A stretch of 64,000 nt of DNA from Shigella phage ESh26, in the sequence record ON528736. One strand, written 5' to 3'. The notes under the pieces were generated by a model that was not told the origin of the DNA, ran no database searches, and saw nothing but the letters and a program-made list of their open reading frames with translations. The position numbers and the translations under genes were made by a program. Shown here in pieces: positions 1-7,561 of the stretch (its first letter is position 1; the number at the start of each line of letters is the position of its first letter).

Positions 1-58
1 GTAAATGAGCTAATGCACGGTATGCAAACTCATTATCAATCCAAGGTATTGATGACAT
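1..58 (-). CDS. 61: DNA primase gp61, N-terminal fragment (gene continues past window start)
   Basis: minus ATG at 56-58 then MSSIPWIDNEFAYRALAHL; position downstream of 41/dmd/sp block as in T4. Confidence 0.5.
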   Translation of the reverse strand, partial: MSSIPWIDNEFAYRALAHL

Positions 59-60
59 TT

Positions 61-225
61 TTACTCTTCTTTTTCTTTAGATTCCTCTTTTTTCTTTTTA
101 GGAATCTGTTCAGGACCTTTATTTACTACAGCGCCTGACGTTGTTCCAGTGGAGATATTTTCAGGATTACCACCTGAATCTCCAGCTACCATATCTTCTT
201 TGATAAATTCTTTATATGTTTTCAT
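61..225 (-). CDS. small protein at T4 61.1 position, N-terminus MKTYKEFIKE resembles internal-protein leader
   Basis: 54-codon minus ORF (ATG 223-225, stop 61-63), below ORF-track cutoff; Lys/Glu-rich tail. Confidence 0.45.
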   Translation of the reverse strand: MKTYKEFIKEDMVAGDSGGNPENISTGTTSGAVVNKGPEQIPKKKKEESKEKEE

Positions 226-226
226 A

Positions 227-853
227 TTAACCTCTATTCATAAAAGCATTAAAAATTTGGTCATCAATAGAAACATTTACTTTAGACTGTTTTTCTGATA
301 GTAATTCATATCCACATATTACAATTTTGTGATCAATATCAAAATGCACAGAAGCAATATGATTAATGATGTTTTCAGTAAAGTCTAAATCAACATCAAT
401 ATCTTTTTGACCACAGCCCAAAGGATAAATAATGCGAGTAATTCGATTATCTTTAACAAAGATTCCACCGACATACTCTGTGCTGCGTTTAAAGTCTACA
501 CGCCGACGAAATGAAAAATATTCAGGCTCTTTATGAGCTCGGCTCATAGGACACAACGAGTAACTAGAATAAGAGATGTCAAATCCTACGCCTTCAATAT
601 GAGCCAAAGTATTACGATTAAACCAATTATAATCGTACGCCAAATCCATTAGATTATAATATGTAAAAGGCACCGGATTAACATCATTAGTCACAAGCAC
701 GTAATTAGCAATTGCTATAATTTCATTGTTTTTAACGAATACAAACCGTGATTGATGGGAATGACCTGGACCCGCGTTTTCACGATTAATGATATAACAC
801 TGGGCACCTTTATATTTGTATGTATCTTTGCACTTGTGCATTTGATAGAGCAT
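227..853 (-). CDS. 61.2-like protein (candidate AdfA-type anti-DarT factor)
   Basis: 208 aa ORF, size and position match T4 61.2; function from recall only. Confidence 0.5.
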   Translation of the reverse strand: MLYQMHKCKDTYKYKGAQCYIINRENAGPGHSHQSRFVFVKNNEIIAIANYVLVTNDVNPVPFTYYNLMDLAYDYNWFNRNTLAHIEGVGFDISYSSYSLCPMSRAHKEPEYFSFRRRVDFKRSTEYVGGIFVKDNRITRIIYPLGCGQKDIDVDLDFTENIINHIASVHFDIDHKIVICGYELLSEKQSKVNVSIDDQIFNAFMNRG

Positions 854-1146
854 TATTCACCTACCACTTCAGCGATGATATTTTTATTATTAAAGTTTTT
901 ATCGCAATACAGAACATAATTATACTGCATTACACCACCAGACTTAAGCTGTTTTTGCACTTCAGCTTTCATTTCAGGACGATCACGCTCAACAATATTC
1001 ATAATATCTGCTTCAATTTGAGTTTCAACTTCAGTCTGATCTGCAGTCATAGACCATTCACACAAATCTTTGTCATAACCCGCCATAGCAGGCTGAGCAG
1101 CACAAGAAGATAAAGCAAAAATTATAGCAAAGATAAATTTTTTCAT
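853..1146 (-). CDS. sp: spackle periplasmic superinfection-exclusion protein
   Basis: 97 aa, N-terminal signal peptide MKKFIFAIIFALSSCAAQPAMA, early promoter upstream, T4 synteny. Confidence 0.8.
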   Translation of the reverse strand: MKKFIFAIIFALSSCAAQPAMAGYDKDLCEWSMTADQTEVETQIEADIMNIVERDRPEMKAEVQKQLKSGGVMQYNYVLYCDKNFNNKNIIAEVVGE

Positions 1147-1169
1147 GATAATCTCCTCAGTAGTTTATG

Positions 1170-1204
1170 TTTATATAGTATCTCAATTTCCAATAAAAGT
1201 AAAC
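1170..1204 (-). promoter_or_regulatory. T4-type early promoter
   Basis: minus strand GTTTAC -35 (1199-1204) and TACTATA -10 region upstream of sp. Confidence 0.6.
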
Positions 1205-1206
1205 AG

Positions 1207-1464
1207 CTATTTTAAAACTTCTGCATAATCACATGTTACAAACTGTTTCTCTAACTTGACGATTTTACGAAAGTATCTTTTGCATTGGCGAATCTGTCGC
1301 TTCGTAGGGCGCACAGCAAACTTAATAAATTCCACTCGACCAAATGGAGGACTTTCTTCTGCTGGAATATCTAATACCAATTCCCACGTATCTGCGATAA
1401 GTGCTTTGAATTGAGTATTTTTCCTGACGTTATACGGTGTAGGTTTAAATAAAACAATATGCAT
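1207..1464 (-). CDS. 61.4-like small basic protein (candidate TifA-type toxin inhibitor)
   Basis: ORF 1207-1506; ATG at 1462-1464 gives 85 aa and abuts dmd stop; synteny with T4 61.4. Confidence 0.45.
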   Translation of the reverse strand: MHIVLFKPTPYNVRKNTQFKALIADTWELVLDIPAEESPPFGRVEFIKFAVRPTKRQIRQCKRYFRKIVKLEKQFVTCDYAEVLK

Positions 1465-1465
1465 A

Positions 1466-1648
1466 TTATCCTCGGCAATCCACTTCGCATACTTTCTTGT
1501 CATCAATGAAAGCTTTAACTAGCGCTTTATTAACTTCAGCATATTGAGTAGTAGCCCATTGAACGTCATCTTTCATCATTGTGATTTCTTTAGTAAACAT
1601 GCTTTCGTTCTTAAACCACCCCATAAAAACTACCTTTACCAATTCCAT
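1466..1648 (-). CDS. dmd: Dmd antitoxin (inhibitor of RnlA/LsoA RNases)
   Basis: 60 aa MELVKVVFMGWFKNESMFTKEITMMKDD..., matches recalled T4 Dmd; immediately downstream of gene 41. Confidence 0.85.
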   Translation of the reverse strand: MELVKVVFMGWFKNESMFTKEITMMKDDVQWATTQYAEVNKALVKAFIDDKKVCEVDCRG

Positions 1649-1706
1649 AAAAATCTCCTCATTTAACCAACAAGACTACTATACCATAGTCTTGTCGGCT
1701 TGTAAA

Positions 1707-3134
1707 CTAAAATTTTAATTCATTTGCCAAAGCATCTAACTGAGCTCGAGCGGATTCGTTTCTTTGATAGCGATTCTGTTCAGCCTGAATCTGCTGTGAA
1801 CCTGCTACTTCGTTCACTTCGGTTGGAGTAGAATCTTGCTCAATTTCTACCCATTTCTGATTTCCTTTTTGAACACCCATCAAAAACTTATTCCATTTAT
1901 TCTTATCACCGTATCGTGATTTGATTTGCTTAATGAGTTGTTGTTCAGCAGCTGCTAGCTCCTCGGTTTCAATGACCGCAAGCATAAAATCAGCTGTTGC
2001 TGGAAGACCGGCAGATTCTGCAATATCGCTCATGTTAACATCAGAAGAGTCCCAAGCTTGCTTACCAACCTGTGCTGCAGTCCAAAGAACAGTTTCGGTT
2101 TCAACAGCCAGAGCACGCAATTCCTCTGCGATAGCTTTAACAGTCGTGTAACTATTTTCTGAATAAACTCTGATGCGGCAAGATTTACAAATACCCAGAT
2201 AGTCAACAATAATGATTGTTGGAACAAAATTCTTCTTGAGCTTTAATTCATTTAAAAGCGACCGAAATGTATTAGCGTCTGCTCCACCAGTAGGATATTG
2301 CTTAACGATTAAACGACCGAGAGTAGATTTCTCACGCCATTTTTCCATTTTTCCTTTATACTCAGCGTAAGAAATATGCCCATCATCAATGTCATCAAGG
2401 GAAACATCAAGCATATTAGCATCAATACGTTTAGCACAAACTTCTTCTGCCATTTCCATGGAAATGTAAAGAACATTGTGTCCGAGCTGCAAATAATCTG
2501 CTGCCAATGAACACAATCCTAATGACTTGCCAACGTTAACACCGGCCATTAAAACGTTCAGTGTTCCAGTTTCAGCTCCGCCTTTAGTAATTTTATTTAG
2601 AATTTTGAGTTTAAATGGAACCTTACGAGCTTTATTCATATAAGATAGCCAACGTGCTTCGTAGTCATCCATCCAATCATGACCAACGTAACTATCAAAT
2701 GAAATTGATAATGCTTGGCGCATGATGTCAGGAATAGCACCAACATCCGGCATTTTCTTATTTCGTTTTTCTGGAGGAAGCTCAGCATTAGTTTGAATTT
2801 CAATTATTTTAGACGTAGCATTAAACATCGCCCTTTGCTGAACATATTTTTCTGTTTCTTTTACTAACCAGCTGTGGTCTTCTGGAGAATCGGCTAGTTT
2901 CGAAATAAGTGTTTTTACACCAGAATATTCTGTTTCAGTAAATGAACTATTTTCTAATGCAACATTTAACGCATTAATAGATGGAACGCTATGGTATTCA
3001 TTAACATGAGATTTAATTAATTTGAATGTATTTTTAGCTGGACCACTTTCAAAATATTCTGAATCCATATATGGCCAAACTTTTGAAAAATAAGCTTGAT
3101 CAAATATGAGATGAGAAAGAATAATTTCTACCAC
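1707..3134 (-). CDS. 41: replicative DNA helicase gp41 (DnaB family)
   Basis: 475 aa, Walker A GVNVGKS, T4 gp41 length and synteny. Confidence 0.95.
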   Translation of the reverse strand: MVEIILSHLIFDQAYFSKVWPYMDSEYFESGPAKNTFKLIKSHVNEYHSVPSINALNVALENSSFTETEYSGVKTLISKLADSPEDHSWLVKETEKYVQQRAMFNATSKIIEIQTNAELPPEKRNKKMPDVGAIPDIMRQALSISFDSYVGHDWMDDYEARWLSYMNKARKVPFKLKILNKITKGGAETGTLNVLMAGVNVGKSLGLCSLAADYLQLGHNVLYISMEMAEEVCAKRIDANMLDVSLDDIDDGHISYAEYKGKMEKWREKSTLGRLIVKQYPTGGADANTFRSLLNELKLKKNFVPTIIIVDYLGICKSCRIRVYSENSYTTVKAIAEELRALAVETETVLWTAAQVGKQAWDSSDVNMSDIAESAGLPATADFMLAVIETEELAAAEQQLIKQIKSRYGDKNKWNKFLMGVQKGNQKWVEIEQDSTPTEVNEVAGSQQIQAEQNRYQRNESARAQLDALANELKF

Positions 3135-3143
3135 ACTTACTCC

Positions 3144-3506
3144 TTAAAAGAATTTAAATTTTTTCTTTGACCTTTTATTAAATGCATCTTGTAGTTGCAT
3201 TGTAATACATTTTTCTACATGAGGAGCTAACTCAGCTTTTCTTTCTTGGTCAAGAACAGCAAAGTCCATTACGACTTTTCCATCAACCCAATCTAATTTT
3301 GTCACATACACAATGTGTGTAGAACCGTCTTCTAGTTTAATGACAATCTCCTGGATAACATTTTCCATGGCAGATTTAATTATCTTAAGAGATTCATTAA
3401 AAAGACGTTCTTTTCTTTCTTCTTCCCCCTCCGAAGAGGGGGATTCATCGATAATTTCTAGATCTAAATCTAAATCATCTTTATTCATTAAATTCTTCCA
3501 TATCAC
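3144..3506 (-). CDS. small acidic protein at gene 40 position
   Basis: 120 aa ORF between uvsX and 41. Confidence 0.45.
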   Translation of the reverse strand: MIWKNLMNKDDLDLDLEIIDESPSSEGEEERKERLFNESLKIIKSAMENVIQEIVIKLEDGSTHIVYVTKLDWVDGKVVMDFAVLDQERKAELAPHVEKCITMQLQDAFNKRSKKKFKFF

Positions 3507-4662
3507 TTAACTGATCTAGGTCAGTTTCTAAATCAGCTGCTGATTTACTTTTACTTTCTGGAGATTTAAATTTTTCAACCTTTGAGTTAATCAATTCATC
3601 AACTTCAGCTTCAACAATTTCATTACTATCAATAGCACCTAACTGATAAGCACGTTTAATAGCATCTCGGAATGGCTGATGCTTAAATAAAGGACCCCAG
3701 AATGTAGTGCAGTTGGTATCTTTTGCACGCCAAGATTTTTCTTCGCGAATCATCTCACCGGTTTCTTCGTCAAGAAATTCACGAGCATACCAGCCATTTT
3801 TAGGTTTTACCACAAATCCTAATTCTAGAGCCATATCTAACAATCCAGAATAAGGATCGATGCCACCGTCAAATTTAACATCAATAAAGAATTTACTTTT
3901 TTCTTTAACGGTACGAGATTTTTCTACATTTAGAACAAATTGATACCCCTGAAGATCAGAACCATCTTTAATCTGGCGCTTACCGATAATGAATACGGTA
4001 TCAGCCGAATACATTACGCCTGTACCACCTGTCATCACGGTTTTACTAAACATTTCAATTGTTTCAATTGTATGGTTAACCGCAACGCATGGAATGTTTT
4101 TAATACTAAAATAAGGAGTAACAATACGGAATAATGACTTCAGTGATTTAGCACGAGTCATATCTGCTACAGATTTTTCATTCAAGGCATCTTCCGTTTC
4201 TTTCTTAGAAGCCATATTACCGATTGAGTCGATGAATACAATAACTTTTTCACCGCGCTCAATAGCTTCAAGCTGATTCACCATATCAATTTTCAGCTGT
4301 TCAACTGACTGAATTGGTGTATGAATTACTCGTTCCGGGTCAACTCCCATGGATCGCAAATAAGCTGGAGTAATACCAAATTCGCTATCATAAAATAGAC
4401 AAACCGCGTCAGGATATTTGTTCAAATACGCCGCAACCATAGTCAAAGACATATTTGATTTAAAGTGTTTAGAAGGACCTGCAAAAATGGTTAAACCAGA
4501 CTGCATACCACCATCAATCGCACCAGAAATAGCGATATTAAGCATTGGGATTTTTGTACGGATTACATCCTTTTCATTAAAGAATTTAGATGCAGTCAGT
4601 TCAGCAGTCATTTTAGAAGTGGAAGCTTTAATCAAACGGGATTTTAAATCTGCAATAGACAT
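3481..4662 (-). CDS. uvsX: UvsX recombinase (RecA/Rad51 family)
   Basis: 393 aa, MSIADLKSRLIKASTSK..., near-identical to recalled T4 UvsX. Confidence 0.95.
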   Translation of the reverse strand: MSIADLKSRLIKASTSKMTAELTASKFFNEKDVIRTKIPMLNIAISGAIDGGMQSGLTIFAGPSKHFKSNMSLTMVAAYLNKYPDAVCLFYDSEFGITPAYLRSMGVDPERVIHTPIQSVEQLKIDMVNQLEAIERGEKVIVFIDSIGNMASKKETEDALNEKSVADMTRAKSLKSLFRIVTPYFSIKNIPCVAVNHTIETIEMFSKTVMTGGTGVMYSADTVFIIGKRQIKDGSDLQGYQFVLNVEKSRTVKEKSKFFIDVKFDGGIDPYSGLLDMALELGFVVKPKNGWYAREFLDEETGEMIREEKSWRAKDTNCTTFWGPLFKHQPFRDAIKRAYQLGAIDSNEIVEAEVDELINSKVEKFKSPESKSKSAADLETDLDQLSDMEEFNE

Positions 4663-4739
4663 TCATTTTTTCCATAGGCATCATTATATTTTCCTCACTG
4701 GTTAAAGATAGAGTAATTATAACACAATAAATTTAGGCA

Positions 4740-5582
4740 TTAATCGACTGCTATTGGATGAATAGCATTAAACTTATGAAACGCTTCTGATTTTTCTTTG
4801 CGTGAAACACACATGCGAAGAACCTTTAATGGCTCGTCTTCTTCACCCAACGATTTTCTCTTTTCGATATTCGATGTTTTCCAACGAGCTTGCTCTGGAA
4901 ACTCTCTATTGATTTGCTCAAGAGCTCTATTATGTTTTGAATTACTACGAATTGAACTACATCCGCCAGGAGCTTGTGCTTTTCCAGATACAACCAGATA
5001 TTTGAACAAGGCCAAATGCGGATAACCTTGATTAATTAAATTGAGAAATGCATACATATCTTCGCATAAATCAATTTTTCCATACCCAATTTGTTCTGTC
5101 GTGAGTTTTCCAAGGTCATACCATGTATTCGTGAATCCATATGAATTTTCACGATAATTACCCCAAGATGAAGTAATTTTAAAAATTGGTAGACGAGCAT
5201 GGCCATGATAATACCCACAATCCATGGCATCTTCAACGTATTGAATCAATTCATAGAACTGTTCACGAGTTAATTGATTAATTTTATCTACACAGCGACG
5301 ATCATCTTTCTTTCGCATTGAACTCATACGAATAGTAGTATCATCGTCAATCATCCAGATTCGTTGACCTGCATACATATCAGTAATTGCTTTACGAGTA
5401 CCAGCAATTCCATTAACATCATCAGGAATAGTTATAATTTTGGCTTTAGACCCGTAAGCGTCATAATAAGCTTTTTCTTCGTGTTCACGTACTACAATAT
5501 GAGGTTCATAATCAGTCGGAAACATATCAAGGGCAGAAACTGCCCCTACGCGTTGATAGCTTGGAATTACGAATTGAATCAT
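4740..5582 (-). CDS. DNA glycosyltransferase, not T4 beta-gt; possibly T2/T6-type beta-1,6-glucosyl-alpha-glucose transferase
   Basis: 280 aa from ATG 5580-5582 (track start 5588 is GTG); DxD-like motif WMIDDDTTI; occupies beta-gt locus between uvsX and 42. Confidence 0.5.
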   Translation of the reverse strand: MIQFVIPSYQRVGAVSALDMFPTDYEPHIVVREHEEKAYYDAYGSKAKIITIPDDVNGIAGTRKAITDMYAGQRIWMIDDDTTIRMSSMRKKDDRRCVDKINQLTREQFYELIQYVEDAMDCGYYHGHARLPIFKITSSWGNYRENSYGFTNTWYDLGKLTTEQIGYGKIDLCEDMYAFLNLINQGYPHLALFKYLVVSGKAQAPGGCSSIRSNSKHNRALEQINREFPEQARWKTSNIEKRKSLGEEDEPLKVLRMCVSRKEKSEAFHKFNAIHPIAVD

Positions 5583-6319
5583 TTCCACTCACCATTATAA
5601 TCTTTTTTCACAATATGAGTTTCGCCAGTATTCCACCAATGATCAACCAAGTAAAAATGACGAGAATATACATGAAGACTTCCAACATTCCATATAATAG
5701 AACCTGCTTTATACTGACGAGTTGAATCACCTGCATTCAAATCAGATACTAATTTATCTAGTACGTATTTTTGCCATGCATAATCATTACGGAATCCGAA
5801 GACAACGTCATTTGAACGCATGCTCACTACTGCATTGACTTTCTTATCACGAATCAGGTACTGTACTGTATTCGTACACATGAAATCTGACATACCATCT
5901 TTATTGTAGTCAAACTGCATGGATGGACGAGTATAAATCATGATACCGCGTCGAGAATCAGGATTTTGACCAAGTTCAGCTAAACACATATCATATTGGG
6001 CATAGTTATCTTCTGACCAGATGGCCCAACCATAATTCGAATTAATTTCGCCTTTAGAAGATGCTACCTGTTGCCAAATCTTCGGTGTTTCACCTGGAAT
6101 ATCTTTAACAAACAAACTTTTAGATTTATACCATTCAAGTTCACGCTGAATGTATTCATCATTAAGAGCGCCAAAAATAAATGGTTCATCTGCTACAAAT
6201 GATGCGCCAATAATTTCAATAGTTTTAACGCCAGTTTTATCAACTACGAAATCTTTTTCCTTTAATGCAAGCCCCAAATGAAGACGGATTTCTTCAACTG
6301 TCATAGAGTCACTAATCAT
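5579..6319 (-). CDS. 42: dCMP hydroxymethylase gp42
   Basis: 246 aa, thymidylate-synthase-like fold, T4 synteny. Confidence 0.9.
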   Translation of the reverse strand: MISDSMTVEEIRLHLGLALKEKDFVVDKTGVKTIEIIGASFVADEPFIFGALNDEYIQRELEWYKSKSLFVKDIPGETPKIWQQVASSKGEINSNYGWAIWSEDNYAQYDMCLAELGQNPDSRRGIMIYTRPSMQFDYNKDGMSDFMCTNTVQYLIRDKKVNAVVSMRSNDVVFGFRNDYAWQKYVLDKLVSDLNAGDSTRQYKAGSIIWNVGSLHVYSRHFYLVDHWWNTGETHIVKKDYNGEWK

Positions 6320-6472
6320 TTAAACCTCAATTGATACATTCATATTTAACTTGTAACAGTAATAAACCCCAACCTATAATAAGTGTCGGAATCATACAAG
6401 GAACCGTTACGCTATAGTATATACTTATTATAATCATCAAGATTAAAAGCAATACTGCTAAAATTTTGCTTT

Positions 6473-6724
6473 TCATTCCTTCTCTCTGATGATAATTACT
6501 TGATTCGGTTGTGCAGATTTTTTAGTTTCACCCGCAATTGACCAAATAAATGTAATAAACCAACCAATAATTGACCAATTAAACAGTAAAGATGTGAAAA
6601 AGATTCCTACTGTCGATTTTGACCCACGCATCAAGGCGATGAACCACGGAAGCATGTATATAATGATAGCCAACACGCCTGAAACTAAAACCATAAAAAT
6701 TGAACCTGCTACTAAAGTTTCCAT
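6473..6724 (-). CDS. imm: immunity to superinfection membrane protein Imm
   Basis: 83 aa, two hydrophobic helices, position between 43 and 42. Confidence 0.8.
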   Translation of the reverse strand: METLVAGSIFMVLVSGVLAIIIYMLPWFIALMRGSKSTVGIFFTSLLFNWSIIGWFITFIWSIAGETKKSAQPNQVIIIREKE

Positions 6725-6731
6725 GTTTTCC

Positions 6732-7112
6732 TCACTTAGTCAAATTTTTTACACATGAATTATAAGAATTCACTACATACTCCATCGGAGCATTTTTACC
6801 GGTACGCCATTGGTAATTATTAGCCCAATTAGCCCAAAGTTCGGCGCAGTAGTTTTCAATTTTTTCTTCGCGTGTAATTACATCTGAATTACGATATGCT
6901 TGAGCAGATTCATCTGGACGAATAGCTTCGTCAAAATTCGCCTGCATTTGTTCTACTGTCTGTTTTGGAGCTTCTTTATAACACTTGACGTTAGGATTAT
7001 AAAATTTGCTTGAACAGTTTACAATTTTTCCTACATCAGATTGATTTACTACCGGTCCTTGAGCTACACAGCCAGTAAGACCCAATGTAATAACCAAAAT
7101 AGCAATTTTCAT
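6732..7112 (-). CDS. predicted lipoprotein
   Basis: 126 aa, signal peptide with lipobox LTGC. Confidence 0.5.
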   Translation of the reverse strand: MKIAILVITLGLTGCVAQGPVVNQSDVGKIVNCSSKFYNPNVKCYKEAPKQTVEQMQANFDEAIRPDESAQAYRNSDVITREEKIENYCAELWANWANNYQWRTGKNAPMEYVVNSYNSCVKNLTK

Positions 7113-7122
7113 AATAATTTCC

Positions 7123-7380
7123 TCAAATACAAGCAGTAATTACTCCAGTAGTGCTTACACAGGTATTACCTAATTGAACACCAAGCGTTCCATTAGTATT
7201 CATATGAAGATTATCATCAATTTTTGTTGATACTTTACCATTCATGTGAATAACAGTATTAGATTCAATCACATTCTGAGTGTCATTTTCAATATCAATA
7301 AATGGAACAGCTGCTAATGCAACTAGAACAACTGCTAATGCAACTAAACACGCTGCTAAACAACCATAAACAATTTTCAT
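7123..7380 (-). CDS. small membrane protein
   Basis: 85 aa from ATG 7378-7380 (MKIVYGCLAAC...), early promoter and SD directly upstream; the longer track ORF would read through the promoter. Confidence 0.5.
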   Translation of the reverse strand: MKIVYGCLAACLVALAVVLVALAAVPFIDIENDTQNVIESNTVIHMNGKVSTKIDDNLHMNTNGTLGVQLGNTCVSTTGVITACI

Positions 7381-7411
7381 TTTATTCTCCAAATCCGTAT
7401 CAGTTGATAGT

Positions 7412-7444
7412 TGTATAGTACCATGGAAGAACAGAGATGTAAAC
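7412..7444 (-). promoter_or_regulatory. T4-type early promoter
   Basis: GTTTAC -35, GGTACTATAC -10, A/T-rich UP region; same cassette as at 33874-33905. Confidence 0.65.
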
Positions 7445-7532
7445 CGTTTTGTGAAAAAATTTTTAATGAATTTACAGGACCTAGAATCATCTATTTTTCC
7501 TAAGTATAGATTTATATTACTTGTATGAAAAA

Positions 7533-7548
7533 GGGACCCGGAGGTCCC
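7533..7548 (-). terminator. rho-independent terminator after gene 43
   Basis: minus GGGACC-UCCG-GGUCCC followed by UUUUU. Confidence 0.7.
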
Positions 7549-7561
7549 TAGATTTATTCTA

